Origin: an uncultured bacterium
GTDB lineage: Bacteria > Zhuqueibacterota > QNDG01 > DTFT01
Assembly (NCBI GenBank): GCA_963736115.1
Contig: CAVTNR010000009.1
Coordinates: forward strand, 128,001-192,000
Direction of reading: 5' to 3'
DNA: 64,000 nt
Made by a program: the position numbers and the translations under genes. A model generated the notes under the pieces. The model had not been told where the DNA came from. It saw only the letters and a program-made list of their open reading frames with translations, and made no database searches. This document shows, piece by piece, positions 30,055 through 39,445 of the stretch. Numbering within the stretch: position 1 is the first letter of the stretch; each line of letters starts with the position of its first letter.

Positions 30055-32010
30055 ATGAAAAGGATTCTGCTCTTCACGCTGATTCTCACCGCAGCCTCGG
30101 CTCCCGGCCGCGATCTTCCCTTCCACAGGGGCGTGAATCTCGCGGACTGGTTCCAGCGGTCCTCGGCAAGGGAAATCCACATCAACCGCTTCACGCAGGA
30201 CGACTTCCATGCCATCCGGAGCCTGGGATGCGACCATGTGCGCCTGCCGGTTGATCTGCTGAACATGGCGGGACCGGCGCCCGGGTATGAACTGGATCCC
30301 CTGTTCCTGCAATTTCTCGGACTCGCGCTGGACCGGGCCGAAGCGGCCGGACTCTGCCTCATCATCGACAATCACACCTTCGACCCGGCCGTGGCAACGG
30401 ATCCCGCCATTGAACCGGTTCTCCTCGCGTCCTGGACGCAGGTCGCCAGGCATTTCCGGAACCGGTCCGGACTCGTGTTCTACGAGGTGCAGAACGAGCC
30501 GCACGGGATTACGGACTCGGCGTGGAACGCCATCCAGGGGCGGATCATCACAGCCATCCGGCTGGAGGATACGTTCCACACCATCGTGGTCGGCGGAGCG
30601 GGATGGAACAGTTACAACAACCTGGCCTTGATGCCCGTTTATCCGGACACCAATCTCATCTACACCTTCCACTTCTATGATCCTTTCCTGTTCACGCACC
30701 AGGGCGCATCCTGGACGGATCCGTCTGGCGCGGACCTCGCCGGCATTCCCTATCCCTATGACGCGGCCCGCATGCCGGCCCTTCCCTTATCCCTGAAGGG
30801 GACATGGTGGCAGGGCACCTACAACGACTATCCGGGCCAGGGGAACGCGTCCTATATCCGGTCCCTGCTGAATATCGCAGTCCGCTTCAAGAATCAGCGG
30901 AACGTGCCGCTTTGGTGCGGCGAACTGGGGGCCTACCAGATCCATTCGACCTCCGCGGACCGCGCCGCCTGGTTGTCGGATGTACGCACCTGCCTGGAGG
31001 AAAACGGCATCGCATGGTCGCTCTGGGATTACGCCGGCAGTTTCGGGCTGTTCGAGCCCGGAACGGTTGGAAACGTGGAGACGGATGTGGATACGGCAGC
31101 GGCCGCGGCGCTCGGGCTCACGCCTCCGGTTCAGCGGGAACCGGTTTCGGAGCCGATCACCCGGGGATTCACGCTGTACGACGACTTTATCGCGGCCGGC
31201 ATTCTGAACGCGGGCTGGCACAACGAGGGGACCGCGAACTGGTACCATGAAACCGATCCCCGAGAGGGATCCTATTGCCTTCTAATCTCGGATTTCGAGC
31301 AGTACGGAAACGTGTCCCTGCGTTTTTCCGCGCCGACGGACCTGTCGTTGCTTGTGGAACAGGGTTTCGAACTGGACTTTTGGGCTAGATGCGTTGGTCC
31401 GGAGGCGCGTCTCGACATTCGTTTCGAGGATACGAAAACACAGGATCCCGAGGACCACCCCTGGCGGATCCGGACCACGCTCGACCCGTCCGTTACGGAC
31501 TGGGACGGGGAATGGCATCGCATCCGCATTCCGCTCGATGACTTCGCGGAGCACGGCTCATGGGACAACAATCAATGGTACAATCCGGAGGGGCTTTTCG
31601 ACTGGACTGCGGTGGACAGGATTTCCATTGTCGCGGAATACGGACCGCTGGAGGGGGTTGAACTCTATCTGGACGACATACGAATTTCGGATCCGAACGC
31701 GGAAGCCGTGGACGGCGCACCGGTCATTCCGGAACGCTTCGGACTGCTTCCGAATTACCCCAATCCCTTCAATCCTTCCACCATTCTGCGCTTCGAAGTC
31801 GGTAATCCGGGCCGTGCGGTCATCTCCGTATTCGACCTGAAAGGGACTGAGCTGTTCCGGATGGAACGGATGATTGCGGCGCCCGGAGTTCAGAAGGCGG
31901 AATGGAACGCCTGCGATCGCAATGGCAGGCCTCTTCCTTCCGGAATTTACATCTGCCGCCTCGAAAGTTCCGGCCGCACCGCCAGCCGAAGAATGGTGTT
32001 AATGCGGTAA
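30055..32010 (+). CDS. Secreted GH5 glycoside hydrolase + CBM-like domain + FlgD/T9SS-like CTD
   Basis: RGVNL, HVRLPV, NEPH (acid/base Glu), TFHFY, CGELG (nucleophile), WDY; NYPNPFNP. Confidence 0.9.
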   Translation: MKRILLFTLILTAASAPGRDLPFHRGVNLADWFQRSSAREIHINRFTQDDFHAIRSLGCDHVRLPVDLLNMAGPAPGYELDPLFLQFLGLALDRAEAAGLCLIIDNHTFDPAVATDPAIEPVLLASWTQVARHFRNRSGLVFYEVQNEPHGITDSAWNAIQGRIITAIRLEDTFHTIVVGGAGWNSYNNLALMPVYPDTNLIYTFHFYDPFLFTHQGASWTDPSGADLAGIPYPYDAARMPALPLSLKGTWWQGTYNDYPGQGNASYIRSLLNIAVRFKNQRNVPLWCGELGAYQIHSTSADRAAWLSDVRTCLEENGIAWSLWDYAGSFGLFEPGTVGNVETDVDTAAAAALGLTPPVQREPVSEPITRGFTLYDDFIAAGILNAGWHNEGTANWYHETDPREGSYCLLISDFEQYGNVSLRFSAPTDLSLLVEQGFELDFWARCVGPEARLDIRFEDTKTQDPEDHPWRIRTTLDPSVTDWDGEWHRIRIPLDDFAEHGSWDNNQWYNPEGLFDWTAVDRISIVAEYGPLEGVELYLDDIRISDPNAEAVDGAPVIPERFGLLPNYPNPFNPSTILRFEVGNPGRAVISVFDLKGTELFRMERMIAAPGVQKAEWNACDRNGRPLPSGIYICRLESSGRTASRRMVLMR

Positions 32011-32013
32011 ACC

Positions 32014-32052
32014 GTTTCGACCCCGGGGTCTGCGGGACCCCGGGGTCGAAAC
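32014..32052. terminator. Strong hairpin between the convergent glycoside hydrolase genes
   Basis: GTTTCGACCCCGGGGTC...GACCCCGGGGTCGAAAC, 17-bp perfect stem. Confidence 0.7.
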
Positions 32053-32054
32053 CC

Positions 32055-33332
32055 TCACCGCACCAGCAGCATCTTCACCGTCTCCCGCCTGCCCTCTGTT
32101 TCCCAAACCGCGAAGTACACGCCGCTCGCCGCGGACCTATCGCCTGAGCCGTTCCCATCCCAGCGGAATTCAGTACGGCCGGCGGGGACAGTCCCCTCGT
32201 GAATGCGGACCGTCTCTGCTCCGTGGACGTCAAACACGGACAGGGTTGCACGAACGGGCAGGGACAAGGCAACCGGAATGACAGTGCTCCCGTTGAATGG
32301 ATTGGGAAAATTGGGAAGCAGGGCTGGACTTTCCGGACTCGGAGAACCGGACCCTCCCCGAACCCGGACAGACGTCGGTTCATGCCCCGGATTCACAGTC
32401 ATGAAATTCAAATCGCGGACCGTGCAGTAGGGGATGAATCCATTCGAGGCTGAGCGTTCGTAGGCCCGATCGATCTTTTGTCGGGTCTGCGAATCGAAAT
32501 GAGGATGATTTTCGCTCAACGAGAACGGGTAATCCACGGTCAACACGGGCTTTCCGGCGTCCCGGAAAACGGCCAGGTTGATTTCCAGCCAGGACGTCAC
32601 TTCGGACGGTGTGGCGATTCCGTCCCTCTCATACCCGTAGTAAATATCCTCCTGCCCGATACCATCCACGGACTCGAGATAAGAGGGGACCCGTCCCGGC
32701 AATTCGGACGCATTCTGCGCGAAAACCAGGAAATCGGGATTGCGGACACGACCGGACTGCCGTATGGCCGCGATCAGGCTCGCCATTTCTTCTGCCGCGG
32801 TTTCCCTGCCATTTTCCATGAAGTATTCGTACTGATCAACGAGATCACAGTATACACCGTCGAATCCGGCATCCTGAATTTTGTCCAGATACCGCATGAC
32901 GATATCCCGCCATCCGGAATCCCAGTACGCAACCCTGAAATTCCCCTCCCAGTCCGAGTTTTCGTGACCCAGCCAGGACGGATTTCCGGGTTTCCATCCG
33001 GTCTGCCAGTAAAAACGGTAGTCCTCGGCCTCGCCTATGCTCAGGTAGGAGAGGACAATGGACGGCCCTGCGACTGCGTTTCTCAGAGAATCGATGCGCT
33101 CGCGGGAAAAAGCCGTTTCATCCGTTCCGTCCGCCGCATAATCGATGACTGCCAGGTCGAAACCAGCCTGTCCTATGGCCGCGAAGTTCACGTCCTGTAA
33201 TTGATAGACGAAATTACGGATGACGGGAAGGAGGGTTGATTGTTCCTGAGCCGGCAGAGAAGCAGGAGACAAAGACAGGAGGAGAAGAAAAACGAGGCTT
33301 ACTCTTTTCGCGAATTCTGAATTGAACGACAA
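32055..33332 (-). CDS. Secreted GH114-like (MJ1477/TM1410, alpha-1,4-polygalactosaminidase-like) hydrolase + FlgD/T9SS-like CTD
   Basis: YQLQ, YLSIGEAEDYR, WEGNF, GFDGVYCD, QNA, TVDY; NFPNPFN. Confidence 0.85.
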   Translation of the reverse strand: MSFNSEFAKRVSLVFLLLLSLSPASLPAQEQSTLLPVIRNFVYQLQDVNFAAIGQAGFDLAVIDYAADGTDETAFSRERIDSLRNAVAGPSIVLSYLSIGEAEDYRFYWQTGWKPGNPSWLGHENSDWEGNFRVAYWDSGWRDIVMRYLDKIQDAGFDGVYCDLVDQYEYFMENGRETAAEEMASLIAAIRQSGRVRNPDFLVFAQNASELPGRVPSYLESVDGIGQEDIYYGYERDGIATPSEVTSWLEINLAVFRDAGKPVLTVDYPFSLSENHPHFDSQTRQKIDRAYERSASNGFIPYCTVRDLNFMTVNPGHEPTSVRVRGGSGSPSPESPALLPNFPNPFNGSTVIPVALSLPVRATLSVFDVHGAETVRIHEGTVPAGRTEFRWDGNGSGDRSAASGVYFAVWETEGRRETVKMLLVR

Positions 33333-33340
33333 GCACTTCC

Positions 33341-33612
33341 CCCCTCACCTGGATCCCCGCTTAAACAATGCGGGGATGACATGTATTAACATTATTGCTT
33401 TACCCTATTCATCCATCTTTATCCGCGCAAATCCGCGCGCCCACGGCGTCCGTGTTCCCTTCTTTTCCCAAGCCCCTCACTTGGATCCCCGCTTGAACAA
33501 TGCGGGGATGACACACCTTGGAATCACTGCATAACCCAATTCATCTATCTTAATCCGGGCAAATCCACTTCATCCGTATAATCCGTGTTCCATTTCCTTT
33601 TATCCGTGTTCC
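33341..33612. repeat. Two ~132-bp direct repeats, each a REP-like hairpin plus ATCCG-type 9/10-mers
   Basis: CCCCTCAC[CT]TGGATCCCCGCTT[AG]AACAATGCGGGGATGACA at 33341 and 33473, each followed by ATTCATC.ATCTT.ATCCG.GCAAATCC...TCCGTGTTCC. Confidence 0.9.
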
Positions 33613-34736
33613 AATCTCTTTTCCAGAAAATCCGCGATGCGTGCGGACGCCTTTCCGTCGCCGTAGGGGTTCACGGCGCGCGCCATCCGGTCGTAAGCGT
33701 CCCGATCATCCAGCAGGCGCCGGACTTCGCGGACAATGCGCTCCCGGTCCGGCCCGACCAGCATGACGGTACCGGCTTCCACTGCCTCAGGCCGCTCCGT
33801 CTCGTTCCTCAGCACCAGCACGGGCTTTCCAAGCGAGGGCGCCTCCTCCTGAATGCCGCCGGAATCGGTCAGGACAATCGTGGACATGGCCATGAGGTTT
33901 GAAAAGGTGCGGTAATCGAGCGGCGGCAGGAGCAGGACATTGTCGATTTTGGAGAGAATGTCGTTCGCGGGCTTCTGCACGTTCCGGTTCATGTGCACCG
34001 GGTACACGAACAGGTGATGCGGATACAGACCGGCCAGGTCGCGGATGGCGTGGAACACGGCTTCCAGCGGCTCGCCGAAATTCTCCCTGCGGTGGGCCGT
34101 GACGAGAATCAGGCCCTGGTGCCGGGGCAGAGTGAATCCCTTGGGCGAAAAATCCCGATCCACGGTCATCAGCAGGGCGTCGATCACCGTGTTTCCGGTC
34201 ACCGCGACCGCGGCGTCCGGCACGCCTTCGGCCAGCAGATTGCGCCGATTCGATTCCGTGGGCGCGAAATGGAAATCCGCGATGGCCGTGACCATTTTAC
34301 GGTTGATTTCCTCGGGAAACGGGAAATACTTGTTCCCGGTCCGGAGTCCGGCTTCCACGTGGCCGACCGCAGCCTTGTGGTAGAATGCGGCAAGCGCGCC
34401 GACAAAGGCGGTGGTGGTGTCGCCCTGCACAAGCACGATATCAGGCTGCACCTCATTCAGGACCGCCTCAAAGGCTTTCACGGCGCGTCCGGTCACGTCG
34501 AACAGCGTCTGGTTGGGCGTCATCAGATCGAGATCCGCGTCCGGCCGGATTTGGAAAATCTCCAATACCTGGTCGAGCATTTCCCGGTGCTGGGCCGTGG
34601 CCACGACGGTTGTCCTGAATGCGGGCCGTTTTTTCAGCTCGAGGATGACGGGCGCGAGTTTAATCGCCTCAGGCCGGGTGCCCACCACGACCATGATGCT
34701 CTTCGTATCGGAGGGGACCGGAACGGATCCGGGCAT
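33600..34736 (-). CDS. wecB: UDP-N-acetylglucosamine 2-epimerase (non-hydrolysing)
   Basis: GTRPEAIK, QHREMLDQ, QGDTTT, HVEAGLRT, HRREN, TDSGGIQEE, NPYGDG. Confidence 0.97.
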   Translation of the reverse strand: MPGSVPVPSDTKSIMVVVGTRPEAIKLAPVILELKKRPAFRTTVVATAQHREMLDQVLEIFQIRPDADLDLMTPNQTLFDVTGRAVKAFEAVLNEVQPDIVLVQGDTTTAFVGALAAFYHKAAVGHVEAGLRTGNKYFPFPEEINRKMVTAIADFHFAPTESNRRNLLAEGVPDAAVAVTGNTVIDALLMTVDRDFSPKGFTLPRHQGLILVTAHRRENFGEPLEAVFHAIRDLAGLYPHHLFVYPVHMNRNVQKPANDILSKIDNVLLLPPLDYRTFSNLMAMSTIVLTDSGGIQEEAPSLGKPVLVLRNETERPEAVEAGTVMLVGPDRERIVREVRRLLDDRDAYDRMARAVNPYGDGKASARIADFLEKRLEHG

Positions 34737-34757
34737 GCGGAGACTCCTATTTGGAAA

Positions 34758-34790
34758 AGACCTGAAAGGTCTTGCAGACCTTTCAGGTCT
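34758..34790. repeat. REP-like double palindrome
   Basis: AGACCTGAAAGGTCT-TGC-AGACCTTTCAGGTCT; perfect 15-bp inverted repeat, each arm itself a hairpin. Confidence 0.85.
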
Positions 34791-36297
34791 GATTTTCGGG
34801 ACGGGACGCCTCTTCCCACGCCGCCTTCAGCCGCTTCATGCAGTCAATGAAGCGGCTGTCTTTCCGCATTCCATCGAAATGGGGATCGCGGGACAGCCAG
34901 GGGTAATCGATGTATCCGAAATTCAGCGCCTTTTCAAGGGATTCCACTGCCGTTCCGTTGCGCCCCAGAAGCGCGTACACGGCCGCGATCGAGACATGCA
35001 GGGAGGCCATGTTCCCGGCATGAGGCTCGACTCGAAGGGTGACCTCTCCCAGCGCCGCATCCTTTTCCCCGGACCGGGCCAGAATCATGGCATGGATCAC
35101 GCGGACAAAGGGATCCTCTCCAGCGGACGACAGCGCCTTGTCGATCTCAGCCCGAGCTTCGGGAATTTCACCCGCTACCAGCCGCACCAGGGCAAGCACG
35201 GTACGGAGCATGGGCGATTCCGGGGAGATGAGAAGTCCGCGCTCCAGAACGGCCGCGGCTTCGCCTGTCCGGCCGGAGCCAGCCAACAAAACCGCCAGAC
35301 TTGAGGCCGCCTCGACTGATGCGGGATCCAGTTCCAAGGCCCGGCGGAACGCATCGATCGCAGGCCCATAAACGGCCAGCCCCTGCCCCTCCGCCTGGCC
35401 GAGAAGAATCCAGGCTTCGGGATCGTTCGGCCGGTCGGCAGTCGCGCGTTTCGCCTCCCGGACTGCTGCGCGGAAATCTCCCCTTTCCGCTTCAATACGG
35501 CCGAGTAAAGCGCGAGCCCGGCCGTCGGTCGAATCAATACGAAGGCTACGCAGCGCGGCATCCTTCGCAAGCTCCGGCCAGACGCGGTTCCGGTCCAGGC
35601 CGGTTTGTATAATATCGAGATACGCCCGGCCAAGCCCGCGCCAGGCAGGAGAGAACGTCGAATCCCGCCTGAGCACGGCTTTATAGTCCCGGACCGCTGA
35701 ATCGATCCCTTGTCTCGTGCCCGAAGCCTCGGCCGCCCTGGCCCGGAGATAAATCAGGAAAAGAGATTTTTCCGGAAAACCGGAAACAGCATCCTTGACC
35801 GGGACGCCTCCTCCTGCGCCCGCGAGAGCGGCGGCGCGTTCCGCCGCGGCCTCGGCTGCGCGCTCGAATTCCTCGACCGGAATACGCGATGTTTCATTCC
35901 AGACGGAACGCTTCGACGCGGGATCCACAAGACTCAGATCCCAGATGGCCGTGTCTCCGGATATCCGCACTCCGCAGTCGAGGACCAAATCCGCCTTGAC
36001 GTCCGTGGCGGCCGCAGGCATGTCCGAAGTCCATCGCGGGACACGGACGCCCCTGAGACGGTCGGCCGCGGACTGCCCGAAATCGTCCAGGAGCGCCTGT
36101 TCCGCATCCGACCCGGTCCTGCGACTGATCAGGGCGACTGTTTTCTCCCACCGCGGCGCAGGCGTGAAAACCGCCGCGCCGGAAGACGCCTCATCCGCGG
36201 TCCGGAAGCCTTCGGCCGATTCCTTTTTGGAACCGCATGCCGCGAGCAGAAAAATCGCTCCAAGAACCGCGATCCTGCTGAACTCCGCCTGCTTCAA
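34783..36297 (-). CDS. TPR-repeat lipoprotein
   Basis: Lipobox LLAAC; several TPRs; C-terminal AAVYALLG...LEKAL...DPHFDGMRKDSRF. Confidence 0.8.
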   Translation of the reverse strand: MKQAEFSRIAVLGAIFLLAACGSKKESAEGFRTADEASSGAAVFTPAPRWEKTVALISRRTGSDAEQALLDDFGQSAADRLRGVRVPRWTSDMPAAATDVKADLVLDCGVRISGDTAIWDLSLVDPASKRSVWNETSRIPVEEFERAAEAAAERAAALAGAGGGVPVKDAVSGFPEKSLFLIYLRARAAEASGTRQGIDSAVRDYKAVLRRDSTFSPAWRGLGRAYLDIIQTGLDRNRVWPELAKDAALRSLRIDSTDGRARALLGRIEAERGDFRAAVREAKRATADRPNDPEAWILLGQAEGQGLAVYGPAIDAFRRALELDPASVEAASSLAVLLAGSGRTGEAAAVLERGLLISPESPMLRTVLALVRLVAGEIPEARAEIDKALSSAGEDPFVRVIHAMILARSGEKDAALGEVTLRVEPHAGNMASLHVSIAAVYALLGRNGTAVESLEKALNFGYIDYPWLSRDPHFDGMRKDSRFIDCMKRLKAAWEEASRPENQT

Positions 36298-37862
36298 CGC
36301 TTTATGCCGCCTTTCCGGCCGCTCCCGGACCGTGCCTTTTTGTGCATTCCCGCGAGTCCGCGGCCGCTCCTGCGCATCGCCTTGACCCGCGCCGGCTTGC
36401 GGGGTGTCCGTTTGCGGCCCAACTGCTTCTTGGTTGTGGGCTTCCGTGCAGTCTTGTTTTTCGATGCCGCCATTTTCGGATCCTCCTTCTTCTTAACAGC
36501 GGGGGCGGGCCTGGTCACGGCAAAATGCTTCGCCATCAGGCGGCTGAAGCGGTCCATCTCCTCACGCGTCCGCTTTTCCGTCACCGCGATCAGCAGACCG
36601 TCGGATATGCCGTAATCGAAACGGGAAAGATCAACGCCCGCGAATATCTTCTCCTCCTGCATGGCGCGGATGACGCGGGCCGGGGGTACCGGGGTCTGAA
36701 GAACGAATTCCTTGAAAAACGGCCCCGGGAACCGGAGTCGGAACCCGGGAATCGCGGACAGCCGGTCCGCGAGATAATGTGCTTTCTGCAGGCACAGTTC
36801 CGCCACCCTGGGAAGTCCGGCTTTGCCCATGAGGGAAAGATAAACCGTCGCGGCCAGCGCGCAGAGCTGCTGGTTGGTGCAGATCGAAGACGCCGCCTTT
36901 TCCCTCCGGATATGCTGTTCCCGCGTCTGGAGGGTGAGCACAAAACCGCGCCTGCCCTGCTTGTCCTGCGTCGCGCCCACGAGCCGGCCCGGCATTCGGC
37001 GTATCAGGTCCTGCTTGACCGCGAATAGACCGAGGTAAGGGCCGCCGAAATTCAGGGGATTCCCCAGCGCCTGGCCCTCGCCGGTCGCCACGTCGGCGCC
37101 GAAGGCGCCCGGCGGCTCGAGCAGGCCGAGCGCGATCGGGTCGGACGAGGTGACGAAAAGCGCTCCCGCGCCATGACTCACGGGCTCGATTTCCGTCACG
37201 GGCTCGAGCAGGCCGAAGAAATTGGGATGCTGAACCAGAACGGCCGCGGTGTTCGGACCGCAGGCCGCGGCCAGAGCGGCCGGATCCACGGTTCCATCAC
37301 GGACGGGGATTTCTTTCACCGTGATGCCGCTTCTGCTGCAGTACGTACGGATTACCCGCCGGTACCAGGGATGAACCGACAGGGGGACCAGTATCTCTCC
37401 GCGTCCGGTGTGGGCCTGAGCCATCAGGGCCGCTTCGGCCAGGGCCGAGGCCCCGTCGTACATGGACGCGTTCGCCGCGTCCATTCCGGTCAGTTCGCAG
37501 ATGAGGCTCTGGTATTCGTACATGGCCTGCAGATTGCCCTGAGCCACTTCCGGCTGATAGGGCGTATAGGACGTGTAGAATTCCGGCCGCGACACCACAT
37601 GTTTCACGGCCGAGGGAATGAAATGATCATAGGCGCCTCCGCCCAGAAAGCAGACATGGGTGCCGGCATGCTCGTTCTGACCCGCGATTTCCCTCAGCAG
37701 TTTTTCGACTTCAAGCTCGGAGAGCGGCGCCGGGATGTCCAATTCACCCTTGAACATCAGATCCTCCGGCACATTCGCGGCCAGCAGTTCATCAATGGAT
37801 CCGACGCCGATGTATTCGAGCATTTCGCGCCGGTTCTTTTCCGTGGTGGGAATAAAGGCCAT
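36294..37862 (-). CDS. gcvPA: Glycine dehydrogenase subunit 1 (P1) with a Lys/Arg-rich C-terminal extension
   Basis: FLGGGAY, SYTPYQPEVAQG, NASMYDGAS, FGGPYLG, LQTREQHIRREKA, CTNQ, VTEKRT. Confidence 0.95.
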   Translation of the reverse strand: MAFIPTTEKNRREMLEYIGVGSIDELLAANVPEDLMFKGELDIPAPLSELEVEKLLREIAGQNEHAGTHVCFLGGGAYDHFIPSAVKHVVSRPEFYTSYTPYQPEVAQGNLQAMYEYQSLICELTGMDAANASMYDGASALAEAALMAQAHTGRGEILVPLSVHPWYRRVIRTYCSRSGITVKEIPVRDGTVDPAALAAACGPNTAAVLVQHPNFFGLLEPVTEIEPVSHGAGALFVTSSDPIALGLLEPPGAFGADVATGEGQALGNPLNFGGPYLGLFAVKQDLIRRMPGRLVGATQDKQGRRGFVLTLQTREQHIRREKAASSICTNQQLCALAATVYLSLMGKAGLPRVAELCLQKAHYLADRLSAIPGFRLRFPGPFFKEFVLQTPVPPARVIRAMQEEKIFAGVDLSRFDYGISDGLLIAVTEKRTREEMDRFSRLMAKHFAVTRPAPAVKKKEDPKMAASKNKTARKPTTKKQLGRKRTPRKPARVKAMRRSGRGLAGMHKKARSGSGRKGGIKR

Positions 37863-37913
37863 ATGCGCTCCTGGCGGGTGAGGGAAAGCGATCCGAAGCC
37901 TTGGATTCTCTTA

Positions 37914-37942
37914 AACTTATCAAAAGGAAGGAACAAAGTCAA
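37914..37942 (-). promoter_or_regulatory. sigma70-type promoter for gcvPA
   Basis: TTGACT-17 nt-TAAGTT. Confidence 0.55.
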
Positions 37943-38001
37943 ATATTTTCAGAGTGGAAAATTAGCCGCAGCCCTTCAATGTCCTCACAATATAATATCT
38001 T

Positions 38002-38093
38002 GGCCCCGTTCATCGGGGCTTGAGGCTGCGACTTCTCCGTCGCGGAGGCAGGAGCCTCCACTCGGAGTTGAATCGATACTCACCCCTCCTCAA
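38002..38093. other. Multi-hairpin structured intergenic segment (candidate small RNA or repeat remnant)
   Basis: Stems GCCCCG/CGGGGC, GCGAC/GTCGC, GGAGGC/GCCTCC, GAGT/ACTC, closed by TTGAGG/CCTCAA; TATAAT at 37991-37996. Confidence 0.4.
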
Positions 38094-38118
38094 TCGTCAA
38101 TGTCATTGCCCTGCTCCT

Positions 38119-39390
38119 TCAGCCTCCGGACAACCGCGCCGCCGCTTCCCCAGCCAGCCTGCCCGTGGAAAACGCGGCCTGCAGATTGTACCCGCCCGTA
38201 TCCGCCTGCAGGTCCAGCACCTCCCCGCAGAAATAAAGCCCCCGGACGAGCCGCGATTCCATGGTCCGCGGATCGACCTCGGACAGCCGGACGCCGCCGG
38301 CCGTGACAATGGCCTCTGAGACAGGCCTTGTGCCGGTCACGGTCAGACGGAAATCCTTGAGCCACGCGAGCAGACGCTTCCGCTCTTCCGCCGTGACCTG
38401 ATGGCCGGGCCTGGCCGGATCGATCCGGCACAGTTCGAGGCAGACCGGGATCATCTTCCGCGGAAGGAGCAATTTCAGCACATTGGCGGCTTCCATGCGT
38501 CCGTGCTCCCGCAGATCCCGCTGCAGCCTCTGGTCGAGTTTGGCCTCGTCCAGAGCGGGTTTCAGATCGATGCTCGCCTCCACGGATTTCTTCCGCCTGA
38601 GCGCGTCCACGGCTGCGAGGCTCGCCGTGAGCACGATCGGGCCGGACAGCCCGAAATGCGTGAACAGCATTTCACCGAAACCGGAGACCGCGGCCTTTCC
38701 ATCCACGATCAGCGTGAGGCCCACGTTCTTCAGCGGGAGCCCCTGAAGACGGGCCGCAATGCCGCCGGCCGTGACCAGAGGCACCAGCGCGGGCCGGGTG
38801 TCCTCAATCGCATGCCCGGCTTTTTTGGCGAATCCGTACCCGTCCCCGGTCGACCCGGTGCCCGGATAAGACAGTCCGCCTGTGGCCACGATCACGGCAT
38901 GCGCCGTTTCGGCCCTTTGGTCGCCGTCCTTTCCCGTCCATCGCACTCCCGTCACGCGCCCCCCCTCCAGCACGGGGCTCTGCACCGCCGCCCCGGTCCG
39001 GATGCGGACGCCCGCGCCTTCGGCCCACCGGACCAAAGCGGACACGATCGTGCCGGCATCCTGCGATTCGGGAAAAACGCGGCCGCCCCGCTCCGTGACC
39101 GTGGCGACGCCGAGGGTTTCGAGAAACCGGAGAAGATCGTCCGAAAAAAATCGATGGAAAGCCTGGCGGAGAAAAAGACCGTCCGGCTGGAAATGCCCGA
39201 TGAATTCTTCGAGCGCGGCGATGTTGGTGAGATTGCACCGGCCCTTTCCCGTCAGGCCGAGCTTCAGCCCCGGGCGGGGCATCTTTTCGAGCAGAAGGAC
39301 GGAGGCGCCGTTTTCAGCGGCCCGGCCCGCCGCGATCAGGCCCGCGGGGCCGCCGCCGGCGACGAGTATGCGGATCTTGGAGTCTGTCAT
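38119..39390 (-). CDS. HI0933/YhiN (BaiN-like) flavoprotein
   Basis: GGGPAG, TGKGRCNLTN, GRVFP, ATGGLSYPGTGSTGDG, LFTHFGLSGP, TGGYNLQAAFSTG. Confidence 0.93.
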   Translation of the reverse strand: MTDSKIRILVAGGGPAGLIAAGRAAENGASVLLLEKMPRPGLKLGLTGKGRCNLTNIAALEEFIGHFQPDGLFLRQAFHRFFSDDLLRFLETLGVATVTERGGRVFPESQDAGTIVSALVRWAEGAGVRIRTGAAVQSPVLEGGRVTGVRWTGKDGDQRAETAHAVIVATGGLSYPGTGSTGDGYGFAKKAGHAIEDTRPALVPLVTAGGIAARLQGLPLKNVGLTLIVDGKAAVSGFGEMLFTHFGLSGPIVLTASLAAVDALRRKKSVEASIDLKPALDEAKLDQRLQRDLREHGRMEAANVLKLLLPRKMIPVCLELCRIDPARPGHQVTAEERKRLLAWLKDFRLTVTGTRPVSEAIVTAGGVRLSEVDPRTMESRLVRGLYFCGEVLDLQADTGGYNLQAAFSTGRLAGEAAARLSGG

Positions 39391-39445
39391 AAAAGCAGGG
39401 TTCGGATGGCCGTCTCGTGCCGGCCGGCGGAAGCCTCCGGTCCGG

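Noticed and set aside
33341-33612. Possible mini-CRISPR array (two ~40-bp palindromic repeats)
   Set aside because: Only two units, spacers of ~90 nt that resemble each other, and no cas genes in the window.
37863-38118. Glycine riboswitch or tRNA upstream of gcvPA
   Set aside because: No GGAGA...CCGAAG...CTCAGG aptamer core and no TTCGA T-loop or CCA; kept only as an unclassified structure.
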